Source: Amphiscolops sp. MND2022 (lineage: Eukaryota). Taken from it: a stretch of DNA of 64,000 bases. Position numbers and translations under genes: made by a program. The DNA lies in assembly GCA_964187785.1 (NCBI GenBank), contig OZ076413.1:45944001-46008000 (forward strand), given 5' to 3'. Position 1 is the first letter of the stretch; every line of letters begins with the position of its first letter. Below are positions 51,394 to 64,000 of this stretch, piece by piece. The notes beneath the pieces were generated by a model. That model ran no database searches. It saw nothing but the letters and a program-made list of their open reading frames with translations, and had not been told where the DNA came from.

Positions 51394-53517
51394 TGACTCG
51401 ATGGTTCAAATTCTTCTTCTGATTCGATGAGTAAACACGGTTTACAGAAAAAAACTTAGAATGATTTTATAAAATTCTGCCGGCGTGTTTTTTGCTTTGT
51501 TGAATTCTGTGGATTTTATTAGGCAAAAAACTAAATAAATATTTTTACCAAAATGGATAGATCGATTCTCTTACAATGAATATCTGCTGAGGGTATTGAC
51601 AACTAGCAGAAAAAAATCTCGCAAGAATCAGTTATATATAAGTTAGGTTATTAGGATATGCATTGCAGAGATAATTAAATCTTTTTGAAATGAAAAAAAA
51701 CTCTTATGAAAGACCCCAAAAACTGCTCCTCCTAAAATTTACCTGTAATGAAGCGTTCCAAGTTTGACTGTTTAACGCAAGTTTTTGAACTTCTCAGTGT
51801 TTTTGTTAGTTTTAATAAGCAGAGCTGGAGAAACAATTAGAACCTCAAGATTTTCCAAAAGAAAGAACTGAAAAAGTTACGTTTGTCAAAAGGTTTCACC
51901 TTGTATCATCGACATAGTGTTATTGGTTAAGCAAAAGCTTTAGAAATAGGTTTTTCATTTTTTTTTCAAGAGACAATAAATGTTAGTTGCTCCGGATTTC
52001 TTTTCCTCCACCAGCTTCTGCTATAATTTTTTGACTTCAATCATAACTTGAGTTTCTTGACCATGTGAGTGACTTCGTTTGCGTGAAATTCTTTGAGTTT
52101 GAATGTTTGCAACTTCGCCCCTCTTGCATTTTCGGCACTGTGCGACGTACCAAAAAAATGTTCACCCATTTTTTTGTACTTATTCGGTTCACCAGAGCAG
52201 TTTGCTGAGTTTTAAAGGTGAGATAATTGGTATTTTGGGCCCTCTGGGATTGGTATGAGTTTTCTCAAAAACCGTGGAAGTAATCGACGAAAGTGCGGTT
52301 TTTTAAAATGTTGTTTTCTTATCATTACAGAGTTGTTGATTCTGATTTGTTGATGTTTTCACTTTCTAAAAATTGTTTATTACTTATTTCCTTTTTTTGA
52401 TTTTTAAAAAAAAGTATTGAGTTTTTCTTCAATTTATGTTGCAAGATTTTTCAACTTTGGAAATAATCGGGCTGCTTGGCCCACTTTTTGTTTCAAGTAA
52501 AACAGTTTCCAAAAATAATTTTGTGTATGAACTGTTTTTCATCAAAGGGATGCAAACTGATTACGGTAATACAAGTAATTAATTGTAGTTTTTCTCACTA
52601 TTTCATCAAATAATCTTGTTCTAACAGTACATATTCTTGTTCAAACAGTACAATTCTTGTACTACAGTCCAAAATTAGGTGCGCTTTACTGTTAAAAGGT
52701 ATTTTGTGTTCCTTCTCATTCTCATATTGCTTCAGCTCAGTGTTTTGAAATTACGAGTCTCAACCAACTTCTCTGATTGTTTCTGTCACCTTATGAAGTA
52801 TATGCCCCCACGTTGCACCTCCTGAAGAACAGGTGCCCAAGTATGCTTGTGGCACATGTCGTTCATAAGGTCCAAAGAATCTAGTGTATCCCCTAGTTTA
52901 CAGTGCTGGAATTTTTTCATGCTACTGGCCTGCATGTTGGGTAAACTTTTATAGAACTTAGAAAATTCAGTAAGGTAGTTGTGGTAAATCTTGTAGAATA
53001 TCAATACATTTTTCACTACTGCAATTAAATTTGAATATAATTCCCACTTCATTACTGAACTTGTTTTCTCAACTACTCATCTGATGTGATCACCGCTTCT
53101 CAAACTGGATGCAAATCATGACGCTAATTTGCAGTTTATTACGTGACTGAAGTCATTTACCATTGAAAGAGCGGTAAAACTGGAAGCTACTTAATTGTTT
53201 AAAATTAGAATAGTTTCTTAACGAAACCTCTAAACTTTCAAGGCTTAGAATTGCTGCCAATTTGGATGAATAGTTCAAGCAGCTAGATAAAATTCGAATT
53301 CAACAGAAAATGTTCTTGCATGAAAGATGCAGTAAGAATTTTAGAAACTCATGAAAATGGTTGCTGGCAACATAATTGTGCATGCAAAAAGTTCAAACAG
53401 TTTCAACAAAGGTTGACTTTATGCATTGTAGGATGCATGTGCATTTGGATATTCGATCTCATTCAATATTGGTATCCCCAAGTGTTTCAACCAGTAACGC
53501 TAATATTATTACCGTTA

Positions 53518-54330
53518 CAGTGCACAGGCAAGCTATTTTGCTGCTTTTCGTGGAATCCGGGACACGAAAATTGAGGAAAGTCGTGGAATCCAGGACAAAA
53601 TTTCTCTTTGATGTTGAGCGTGTCTTGGATTCCACGACAGTGCTTGTCCTGGATTCCACGCCAATACTGCTGCTACAATGAAAATTTTGCCGCTGCTCTC
53701 TGATTGGTCCGCTGATTTTGAGTAATCATTTTTGGAAAGGTAGAAAAATTTAAATTAATTCAATTTTATATCAATGGAACTTGTTTTGATTGACAGGAAA
53801 AGTCCCAAAGTACGAATAGAGATACTCATGACTGGTACCAAAATTGAAGCATGTCATTAAAAAATGGCAGATTGTGATGATCTGGCAGTTTGTTAAAGAA
53901 CTGGTACTAAACTTCGAAAAATACGAATATTTTGTGTGTTATTGGTGTGTTTGTCTGAATCATTTTGAAATAATATACGAAAAGTAGTGCATAATAAAAT
54001 GTTTGTTCAGTCTTCCACTTGAATTTAATTCAAGAAGAGATGCCGTGTATCGCGTCAAGCATAAAGTCGTGGAATCCAGGAAATTTATGATTTCTGCAAT
54101 CTGATTGGTTCATTTGCAAAACTTACGTTTTTGTGGAATCCGGGACACCTCTGCATGCCGACAGTGCGTACAGCTAAGCATTTGTTACTGGAATCCACGA
54201 CGAAATCCGTGGAATCCGCGACTTATGACGTAATTTGCCAATTTGGCACGGTTAAAGGTATGGTCGTGGAAACCGAGATATTGAAAGCACAAAGTTGCGC
54301 TTTGAGCAAATAAGGCTTGCCTGTGCACTC
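53518..54330. mobile_element. MITE with TA flanks and internal GTGGAATCC repeats
   Basis: TIRs AGTGCACAGGCAAGC / GCTTGCCTGTGCACT with TA outside both ends. Confidence 0.75.
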
Positions 54331-55670
54331 TAATGACTTACTATACGAAATGAATTTCATCTGGCCTCTTCCCACTTTGAAGTGTGATTTTTGATTCTTT
54401 CGAGAAAAATTTCCAATAATTCAGTAAAAGCTTTCAAAAATTGATTGCTACCTTGTTTTCAGTTTGGTGATTCTTTTGGCACTTTGGTTGAGAAATTATC
54501 CTAATTTTCTCTTAATGGCTCCAAGCTGACCATACTCTGGGCCTTAAAGGTTTATGGTTCGAGGCTGACAATACTCTGGACCATACATGATCCAGAAGAA
54601 TGTCAGCCTGGAACCATAAACCTTTGTGGTTCGGGGTATGATCAGCGTGGTTTTGTATGGGAGGGAAACATACTGCAATAACAAAAAGTTAGTTGTTAAC
54701 TAAGGAGTGGCTGAGAACAAATTGAGTTACTATAATTTGTTTTGAACTCCGCTAAGAGTTTAACGGAGTTCTGATCTGCAATTGAACGTTCGCCGATACA
54801 AAAGGTTGAATGTGGCTCTACTGCCTTTAGCCTATAAGGCTAGCTGTTCTCAATAATTGAAAATTTTTGTTCAAACTGCATGTTACGTTAACTCACGCTG
54901 AAAATTCATGATTTCAGCATGATCATAATCTGGACCATTTATGGTTTCAGATTGGACCATTGAAGTTTGTGGTTCCAGGTTGACCATACTCTCAATCAAA
55001 TATGATTCCAGATTGATCATGGTAAAAAATTTGTATGATTTGTATGGTACCTAATATGATCAGAGTATGATCAACCTGGTCGGGAAACCCGGGTTCTGAT
55101 TGGACAATAGGTAGTCAAAATGAAAGTTTTTCATGTTTCGAAAATTATAACTCAGTTTGTTGAAAATGCGACACCAAACAAGTCTCTAACTGAAAACTAC
55201 ATGAAAGTTTGAAGTTAATTGCCAATATGCAGCTGCGTGTTATGATTAGACGCTTGATTTTTAACAGGCCTGACCTTCATTGGCCACTCCTTCTTGTAAT
55301 CAGTGAATTAGTCATAGCTCATGGCAATAAGCCATCAGCAAATGATAACACAGACGGAGCTCGAGAATACTTCATCGAGTATAAGTGGATAGTATAAGTG
55401 AATAATATTGGAGTAGCCAATGTCGCAATTATAGTGTAGGCAAATACACGAACTCACGTGATGCCCACGGTAATTCAATTTTAGCACCTGATGACAAGCA
55501 TTTATGACGCAAATACAACAAAATAAATCAAGGAAGTGAAATAACATTAAGAGGAAGGAATATTCAGTAATTTCAAATTTTCTTCAGAAAAGAAAAAAAA
55601 GTGATACAATTATCAAAGACATGTAGCCTACGTTGTTTGCTACATTTTTTCGAAGCGCAATCAAAACCTG

Positions 55671-55738
55671 CCAGATTTTTCCAAGCTGCATGGAAGTTTG
55701 ATATATATCAAATTTCTATGCAGCTTGGAAAAATCTGG
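55671..55738. repeat. 68-bp near-perfect palindrome
   Basis: CCAGATTTTTCCAAGCTGCAT...GATATATATC...ATGCAGCTTGGAAAAATCTGG. Confidence 0.9.
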
Positions 55739-58438
55739 ACCATATGGTCTATCCCTTATATGTGTCTATGCTCCATTAGGCTAGTTTGAGGCCATCGGTT
55801 GTTGGAGCTGTGAAAGTTCAAAGCTCATTGTGGATTTAACTTTTCCCTGGATGTAATCAGTCGGCTCAAAAATCCCTCTTGATTATGACAATTATTAGTG
55901 AACATCGCTAGAATCGACAGCCTTTTAATCGCATACAAATTTACAAAAGTTTGGAGATTGTAAGAAAAAACATATTTCATAGGGTGATCACATCAATTTG
56001 CTGTAAGTTATGTACAGAAAGTTTCCGTGAGAGTTTTGTAAAATCGGTAACAACAAGCTGCTCAAAGTGATTGGGCTCTTATGCACAGGACGGGCTACAA
56101 GATGCCAATAGGACCATTTTGCCTCCTGTGGGTGTTGTCCTCCTGTGGGCGATCGGACTCATTTTCGCAATGTTCACTGCATACAGTATCGTCTTGCTTC
56201 TATATGACAAAAATGTAACTACGCTGCATCAAAAGTGTGCCTAGCGCCTGTTATTCGAGTATTCTGGTGTAGTGTTCGGGGTCAAATGATATACCCCGTC
56301 TTCCGTCCGATCCAGAGTGCTTGTGCTTTTAACCTATTTTATTCAGCAAACAGCGAAAACTGCAAATGAAGCAGTGGCTTGTCACAACTGCCTCGTCAAA
56401 ATTGACAAGATTTTTCTACAACTCATATATGTATCAGAAGGTGTTGTTATATACTTCCGGACCTTATACATGACGTCCCGGTTATGCGTCGTGTAACTGA
56501 CAGAATTGAATACATCTTCACATCATCCGTGTGATACATTGAGAGTTCGAATTGGTTATATTGTCCTTGTTCAAGTGCACTGTCTCTTTCTGCTGATTGC
56601 GCAATGAAGACTCTATTCTTGTCATTTGTTGAGCTATAATCAATTTTCGAGAAATCAAGTTCAAATTAGAAGTAGAGCTAATAAACAAGCTTGCGAAAAA
56701 TACATCAAGAACATTCACTGTCAATAGTTCGCTCCATGTACTCAAAGATGATTACGATGCGAAGAAAACCAATTGTACAGTGCTCACTACATTATTTGAA
56801 ATGCTGCTGAAGCTTTCAATAATTAAATATCTATCTGCATTCAAGTTGTGATTAGCAACGGCTAATTGTATCTTTTTTGGGGTTTTCCAACTGGTACAGG
56901 GTCTCCTGTTCTGTGTGCTTTCAAAGACTTCATGCAAATGGCGAACACTTCAAAACACGACACCGAACCCGTTTGAAGGTCAAAACAGACATCTTCTAGA
57001 CTTCTGGGAAACTAGTGTCAAATAAGGTGTTTTATAGACTTGTATAAGTTGTCTGCTTCCACGTTCAAAGAGAAAATAAATCGAGCACACGGATACCAAG
57101 CAACAATCACTAAACACCAAATACAATTTGTCTATATCTCATCAATATAATCACAAGGGGAATACAAAGAAGAAAATAACAAGAAACTCGATAACATTTT
57201 ACAAAAACAAAAAAGCTGGATACAGAGGAAGCAATAAAAAGATCAAAATTATAATAGGAGGAATTCAATAACTCTGACACAAACAATCGTATTTTTCCAA
57301 GCCGAGACAAAAAACAGTAAATTGCAAATTAGAACCACCCAGAAACACAGAACTTCAAGGCCATACAAAATCATACAAAACTTTAAAAAGACCGAACTTA
57401 TTCGAACAGCAGTCAAAAAATGAAAGTTGTTGCTGGAAAGAAGAATGAAGCAATGACTTCAACAAACTCATGAACAGAAGAGCCTACAAATCTCGAATGT
57501 CTAGCACGAAAAAAACGGAAACAAAGAAATCAACTTCACAATCGACGCATGTAAAATTGGACTCCAACTCTCCCAACCTCACAGCATTGGGGAACTGAAA
57601 CTGGTTGCATTCGCCAGTAGCCATATGAACAACGCAGAAAAAACCATAGTAATGAAGAACTGTAACTACTGGCCGTAATGTAGAGCTAGAAAAGCTGATT
57701 CGGATCATAGACCAACCTTCGGATCATTGTAATCTTTGCTGAAAAAACGTTTGTGAACAAATATTAACCACGCATGTCGAACCAAACATGTGTGTAGTCA
57801 AAAAACATAGGTGGAACGATGAAAGGAATCGCGTTATACTCTGGTAGATCTAACAGGATTGTAACAGACAAGCTGCCGAAAAAGAAGAAGCACGATGACA
57901 GTGTAAGGGTATCAATTTTTTAATGATGGGACTTCTGGCTGATCAAAGAGGCAGCGGTTGACCAAGACCTAATTGTGGTGCAGTGTTGTATCGAAAACAA
58001 CAATGTACAGCTGAAACGTGATAAATACAAACTAATCGTGAAGACCTGTACGCAACGATGATAACTTTTACAGCTCGAAGACATGACGGTTGTACCCAAG
58101 AGACTTCGTTATGCGGCACTTAATGCGTTACTTTTCAAACATCCTGAGGTAAAATAAACCTGTACCGACATCCATTTATTTGATAGCCGAACACGTGGGC
58201 CGACAATGGAACGGAATCAAAAATATAATCATTTCATCTTTTATCAAGTTGGATAACTAGTGTCAGCAGGTGGGAAAACGCTTGCATTCAGCCGACCAGT
58301 TTTTTAATCATATTTCAAAATTTCAAGCAATCAGTTGCACAGTATTTCATGTTGACATAAATTGCGGTTCTTCAAATATTCATGAGGTTTGTTTTCAGCC
58401 CCAGAAATCGATCAATACAAGTATTTTGGAGAAATTTT

Positions 58439-59132
58439 TGTAACGTCACCCTATGATCAACGAAAATTATGGAAAATGTTGAAAAATTCGTTCAAAAATG
58501 ACGTGGCACAAGAACATGACTTTACGAAGTACCAGCCCGCAAAAAGCATAAAGGAACAGAAAAAAGGTGGCCCCGCGAAGCGGAAGAACGTAAAGACGTA
58601 CGAAAATACGTGTATGGTCACGAATTAGTGTATTTCGACAGCCCAGGCACTGAAACTATAGATGTCAACAAGAGTTTACCCGAAAACAGCATGACGGTGT
58701 GATTGCAATATCCATGCCCGGGGTTGTGCCCAGCTCGAGCGCTGGCGCCATGCCATCCAAAACTCGCCCAATTCGCCAAACTGGACTTCAGTACCTGATT
58801 GTAGTGTTTACCATATTTGTTTGATTAAATATTAACTCGAGGGCTACCCTGTTGATGCTATTTACAGTAGATTCCCATCTGGAGAAATTAAGTTCTATGC
58901 AACCTTGCCTCTTTTTTATAGGCTATTTACGCAGTGGATACGAAGAGAAAAGCGTAATTCCTGTGACTCTTAGCACTTACAGACTGGAACAGGTCAGAGA
59001 GCATCCCTAGAGACGGTTCCCCCTCCTCGGGACCGGCTTCCTTATGAGGACAAAATGGGCTGGCGTTATGGTGATTGGTCCCGAATCTTAATCCATGACA
59101 TCAGTTCCTCCTGCTAAGCGCTTTTCATTTCA
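58439..59132 (+). mobile_element. Diverged solo LTR related to 59598..60318
   Basis: Starts TGTAACGTC, shares AAAAATTCGTTCAAA..TGACGTGGCAC and ACAGACT...AGACGGTTCCCC blocks, and ends AGCGCTTTTCATTTCA (cf. AGCGCTTATCGTTACA). T-run on both flanks. Confidence 0.75.
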
Positions 59133-59552
59133 TTTTCTCAACCAAAGTTCTCGGCTCTCTACCAGTCAGTAAACTAGACTTTTCAAAACATGAAAAACTG
59201 ATATCCAAACTCCTTAAAGCATGCAGACTGAACCAACGAAAGTACAAAAACGTTGAGCGTATGCTGATCCAGCAACCGTTTTGTTACGAAACGAGCGTTT
59301 CTGACAAGAGAGAGCCCAGGCAAAAACAGAGAAATTCTCAAAATTAGAATGAATCGTTTTCACGTATCTGCTTCATGAAAGATTGTAATTTTGTTTCGAA
59401 TCGTCCGAAAATATTTCATGCTTTCCGTCTTACAATGTGTCGACATTGGAATACGGAAAGCATGAAATATTTTTGGTGAACGTATCATCAACGGAATGAC
59501 GTAAGTCAGAAATGACAGTCAAGATTTTAGCGCGATCCTAGAACAATCGTTA

Positions 59553-59597
59553 CACTAGGGTACCAAAAGTTAGAGACACTCGATTTTTCTAACGAAA
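59553..59597. mobile_element. Left end of a probable Tc1-like element interrupted by the LTR element
   Basis: TA|CACTAGGGTACCAAAAGTTAGAGACAC resembles Tc1-type TIRs. The other end is not in the window. Confidence 0.35.
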
Positions 59598-62500
59598 TGT
59601 AACGGCAACTGCCCATGTCAAAATTTTCGAAGCAAAAATTCGTTCAAATCTGACGTGGCACTCAAACATGCTCCAGACGAAAGACCTGTCAAAAAAGCAG
59701 ATCAGAAATCAGAAATCGCCCCCACGAGAGACGACGAGAAGAGAAGACGTAAAAAAACAGTCCCTAGAACACGGTGAAGTGCCCATCTTTGGTCTTTGGC
59801 GTTTACACTACATAGGCAACAGAAACCGGTGTTCCAGATGCTCGCCTGAAGATCCTGCGGCGTCCTGTGCGGTGACGAGCGCTAGCGCTGGGAAGCCATG
59901 GTCAATTCGCTCCTACTAAAAACTCAAACTTCCGATATTGTTGTGCTTGTTGTGCTTTCCTTGTTGTAGTAGATTGATATGCTCGAGAGCTGCCCATTTA
60001 CATCTATGGTTACCCCTTTTTGATGTCGATTTTATCAGATTCTCCAATACTATGGCTCAACATCCTCCTGTTTTCAGCCCCCTTTTTAAAGGCTAATTGA
60101 GCAGTGGTCTTGAGACATGCAAGATGCCCGTTACTTTTAGCAGTTACAGACTAGGACCAGGCCAGAGAGTTTCCAACAAGACGGTTCCCCAACCTTGGGA
60201 CTGGCTCCTTCGGAGGGAAAATGAGCTAGGGCCGCGGAGATCTAAGTCCCAGATTATATTCGCTGTTCTAGTTCCTCCATTCTACGTTGCGGTTCAAGCG
60301 CCAGCGCTTATCGTTACATAGAACCTCATTTTTTGGCGACCACAGAGGGATCGTCTTGGGAAGCTTTCCCTAGCGGTTTTTAAAAGATCTGGCCCCCTGG
60401 TAATCAGCGCCAAGCCCGTTTCGACTCTGAAGAAGGAGAGAGAAGCAGAGTTTTGCCCTTTTTTTAGTCGTGTGACATTCTACTGGAACTGGGAGAAGCG
60501 TTGAACCAGAGAAAACCCGAAAAAATCCCGTTTTCAGGTGCGAAAATGGTATTTTTAGGTGTTTTGGAAGGAAATCGATAATTTTGTGTGATGTGTTGTG
60601 TGCCCATCAGCGGGTATCTTTTTGCAGGTGCTGAAGACCGTAGCACGTGGCTACGGGTGTTTAACAGATTTTGCAAGCTATTTTCAGCCATCTTATGCCA
60701 TGCAAGAGGGTGACTGGTGGATGGCTGACCATGAACCAGCGAGGCGAAGGGGAAGTCAAATTGTGTGTTGCCTACTTCCTACTCCCATTTCTCGTGGAGA
60801 CGTCCTAGAGGTATGGTTTTTGGTGGACAGCAAGTGCAATTGCAGACGATGCTAATGGTCCAACCCGCGTGTCTCTATCTGGTCTGGATGTGGAGAAAAA
60901 GCGTGGTGAAGGTGCACCCCCTGTGACCGGACGCGTCGCTCAAATGGCTCATGGTCGGTGAAATTTTTGAAAATGCACCTTTTTCGACGGGGAATCGTTG
61001 GTGCAGGTCAGTAATGTTTTATTGTAGATGTAACGACACCCTACGAAGTGCTTTTCTGCAGAAAAGATAGCACTTGCGTGAAAAAACCCTGATTTTGCGT
61101 TTTTTTCGTGTTTCTCGTGGTTTTGAGCACTTGTGCTCAACGGAGCCAGGAAAACTTCGTGAAAAGTGTTGTAAAAAGCAGCTGCAAGGCTCGAGAAAGC
61201 TAGTACGAGGCACAGAAGGCCGTAATTTTGCCTTTGGTTGTGATAAAAGTGCCGATCTAGCACCAGAAAATTGCAAAAAAGTGGAATTTTGACCAAAATG
61301 GCACCCAGAAATACAGGCGTACACTGGTGTAGAAGTATGAAAAAGCAGTGTACGGTGTTTTGTCAAGCGTAGTAAACCCACAGGACACTAACTGTAACTT
61401 TTGCAGCGGATTCAGGCAGCCTGGGGCTGACACGGTGCAAAAAACCGGTAATTTAAGGTGTTTTTAGGCATAGAAAGTGCATGGTCTGAAAGTCTTGAGG
61501 GTGAAGCTTAGTGGACCAGAGCGAGTCTGAACGCTCTTATTTTCTGTTTTGGCAATAAAAATAGCGCACTGTGGTGAAAACCGCGTGCAAAAACTCCTTT
61601 TCAGTGTTGAGAAAAGTTGAAAAACCTTGATTTTTAGTCAGCTTCAGGAGTGTCTGAGTACGCAATTAAAACCCCTTGGGCACTCTGTCTTTTTGTTAGC
61701 TAGGAGCCTTCGCGCTCTCATTTTCTGTTTTCACAATAAAATTTACGCATTGTGGTGAAAACCGCATGCAAAAACTCCCATTCAGTGCTGAGAAAAGTGG
61801 AAAAACGCACTGAATCTGATCAATTTTCCACAAAACCGGACTGTCTTTGAGCTAGGGTCGGGTCATCGATTCCTGAACCCTAGCCAAAAAGTGGTTGCAT
61901 TTTCGTAACCACCACAAAAAGTAACGTTAGTGCCGAAATTTTGGTGGGCGTATCGTTCCCCAAAGTCGAGAAAAGCTCTCTGACGTTTTGACTCCAGAGA
62001 AGCTGAAAAAGCCGAAAAAATCCAAAACTGCAAGACCGTCAGTGCCTTATACCTAACGGGCACAACCAATAGAGGGTTTATCCCAGTGTCACGGATAGCG
62101 GGGCGACACGCTGGTCCCATTTTGCCCGCCGTATTACTTCCTGAGGTGATCCTCTTGGTCAATTTGTGAAAAAAGTCGTCAAAAACAGTGTTTTTTTGTG
62201 TACAACGTACATAGTAGGTCGGGACTTCAAATAAGCGCTTGCGCTTCAATTCGACCATATCAGTGGCATTGTAGGTGCCCACTGGCATAAACTATCAAGT
62301 TTGGTGCCGATCTGTGCGATACTTGTTGAGAAAATAGGAAAAACGCGGCGCCCAAAAAAGTGCGCAAAAAGGCAGTTTTTTCTTAATTTTTCCAAGTAAC
62401 CCGGGCACCTTAGCCGACGGGTGGGGCCATATTGCAGCCTATCATCGTAACCTGTGCTAGTTCCTACGTTGTTGCAGCGAATTTGAGCTTGCTAGCTTTT

Positions 62501-64000
62501 TTCAGTGGACCGCAATCTTGAAAAAGACGTGAAAAACAGTGTATTTTGGTACATAGTGGTACCGCACGTCTATACCTAGGCGAAACTGTGTAGAAGGGGC
62601 GCAGCTCAAAACTGTGTTTATTTTCGTAAACCTACGGTACCTAAGGTCTGCTGGTCAATTTTGGGCTTGATACAACGCCTCCAGCGCGCACGCGAGCCTC
62701 TTGAGTGTTGTAGTGCAAATTTTGGAAAATCCAAAAAATCTTTGAAATTCTTCCTGTGAGTGACCGGAGACGTTTTGCCCCGAACCAGGTTGATTTTCTG
62801 GCCCAGTGTGCTTGTGGAAAAGCGCTGTGTAAATTTGAACAGCCTACGAGCCTTAAAACGTATTTCGAGAAATTTGGGACGTTGTGAAACAGTCGAATTT
62901 CTTAAGTCCACACCGAGACGAGCCTAAAGCTAACAGTGACTCGACAAATCCCGCGTTTTTCGAGGCTTCTTCAAAGGCTACGTCCGAATCGTTGACACCT
63001 GCTCTGCCATTGGCATTGTGTGTAATGGTCCTACCAGGCCTGGAAAAGCTTGACATGAGTTCGCAGTCATGGGTGAGTATAGGATCCACAATGGACGGTT
63101 CGCATTTTTCAGACGAAATGTCTGACGAAGTCACTATCGAGCAACAACGAAAGGAGGAACTGGCCGCCATGGTCCCTCCCTCCGAGGGTTCCGTTGCATC
63201 TGGAAGCTCTCGTCGAACCGAACAATGGGTCGAAGAAACCTGTCGTGAAAGAGCCAATGAAGCAGAAGAAGAGTGGCCCAACTCAAACGTGACCAACGAA
63301 CTTGCAGCTGAGGAAGGGTGCTCTCGCGCACCCCTAGGGGAACAAATGAGCTCTCGCCTACAAATCACGGTGGATGAGGATCTTACCTACTCGGAAGACA
63401 CGAGTGGTGCGAGACCGCAAGGGACTGGAGTCACTCGAAGTAACACTAGAGTTTGTGCTTATGGAAAACACAAGAAAGTGCGACCGCCCATGATAAATGT
63501 AGGTGAACGTCAAGTTGAGGTGCCTCGTAAGAGGAGCGTGGCAGGTTCAGTGGCATCATCCCAACGATCTTCGGTGTACAAAGCAGCAATATTGGAAGCC
63601 CAAGCTGAGACCCAACGTGCCTTAGCTGATCTGGCTAGCACTCGTGCTGGATGCAATGACCAACACCGTGCCATCGCAGAAAATATGAGAACATTGCAGA
63701 CAACGATGCGAGAAGGTCTACAGGTCAGTGATCAACTGCGAACCGCGCAGAACACGCAGAGCGCTCGCGTAGATGCACTAGGCTACAGAATGGGTGAGAT
63801 GAATGACCTTCTGATGGCCCGTGAACTTCGTGTGGAAACCCAGATCAATGATTTGAGTAACCAAATGCACACTGTGCTCAATGCTATCAACATCATGAGG
63901 CGCGAAAGGTCCCTCCCACGACAAGCTGGTGCCACTGAAGATGTGCCGATCGCGGATTCAATGAAGGCCACGGAATCATCGCACCGGAGTCAGGCAACAA
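59598..64000 (+). mobile_element. 5' part of another Gypsy-like LTR element (LTR 59598..60318, PBS 60334..60351, ~2.7 kb leader, gag start)
   Basis: TGTAACG...CGTTACA, then TGGCGACCACAGAGGGAT. The leader is homologous to the reverse complement of ~26605..29211. Confidence 0.9.
63025..64000 (+). CDS. gag: Gag N-terminal region, open to the window edge (missing from the ORF track)
   Basis: MVLPGLEKLDMSSQSWVSIG... has no stop to 64000. MGEMNDLLMARELRVETQINDLSNQM parallels ISEMTAIMMQRDHQADERLKHMSEMM in the 33308 ORF. Confidence 0.7.
   Translation, partial: MVLPGLEKLDMSSQSWVSIGSTMDGSHFSDEMSDEVTIEQQRKEELAAMVPPSEGSVASGSSRRTEQWVEETCRERANEAEEEWPNSNVTNELAAEEGCSRAPLGEQMSSRLQITVDEDLTYSEDTSGARPQGTGVTRSNTRVCAYGKHKKVRPPMINVGERQVEVPRKRSVAGSVASSQRSSVYKAAILEAQAETQRALADLASTRAGCNDQHRAIAENMRTLQTTMREGLQVSDQLRTAQNTQSARVDALGYRMGEMNDLLMARELRVETQINDLSNQMHTVLNAINIMRRERSLPRQAGATEDVPIADSMKATESSHRSQAT

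Noticed and set aside
54520..55090. GACCATACTCT-type repeats suggesting another TIR element
   Set aside because: Repeats are visible, but matching termini and a TSD could not be defined.
62853..63368. 171-aa minus-strand ORF
   Set aside because: Antisense to the plus-strand gag frame that is open to the window end.

Overview
Repeat-dominated eukaryotic (probably invertebrate animal) DNA with no confidently identifiable host gene. The centre is a three-level nest. A ~0.53 kb TIR element (20720..49738, 8-bp TSD TGGTCGAT) contains an ~8.8 kb non-autonomous LTR retroelement on the minus strand (21157..49646, 771-bp LTRs). Its 5' LTR is split by a giant 19.7 kb Ty3/Gypsy element (29510..49170, 726-bp LTRs, about 3 differences by eye). 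The giant element has a 3.1 kb non-coding leader and a now-broken gag-pol. That polyprotein has two zinc knuckles, a pseudo-protease plus an active protease, RT, RNase H and integrase, and continues in frame ~770 aa past integrase into tandem TARG1/OARD1-like macrodomains. A ~1,400-codon third ORF sits in the env position behind a splice acceptor and has an SGNH/GDSL-like domain but no obvious envelope features. A related element starts at 59598 and runs off the window, and there are two solo LTRs. Across these elements the tRNA primer-binding site lies 15-17 nt from the LTR and the target duplication appears to be only 3 bp. The flanks hold a decayed Tc1 element, several MITEs, Helentron/HINE-like elements, a CR1-like LINE fragment, a 2.2 kb tandem duplication and several long fold-back palindromes. 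All domain calls are by-eye motif matches, not database searches.
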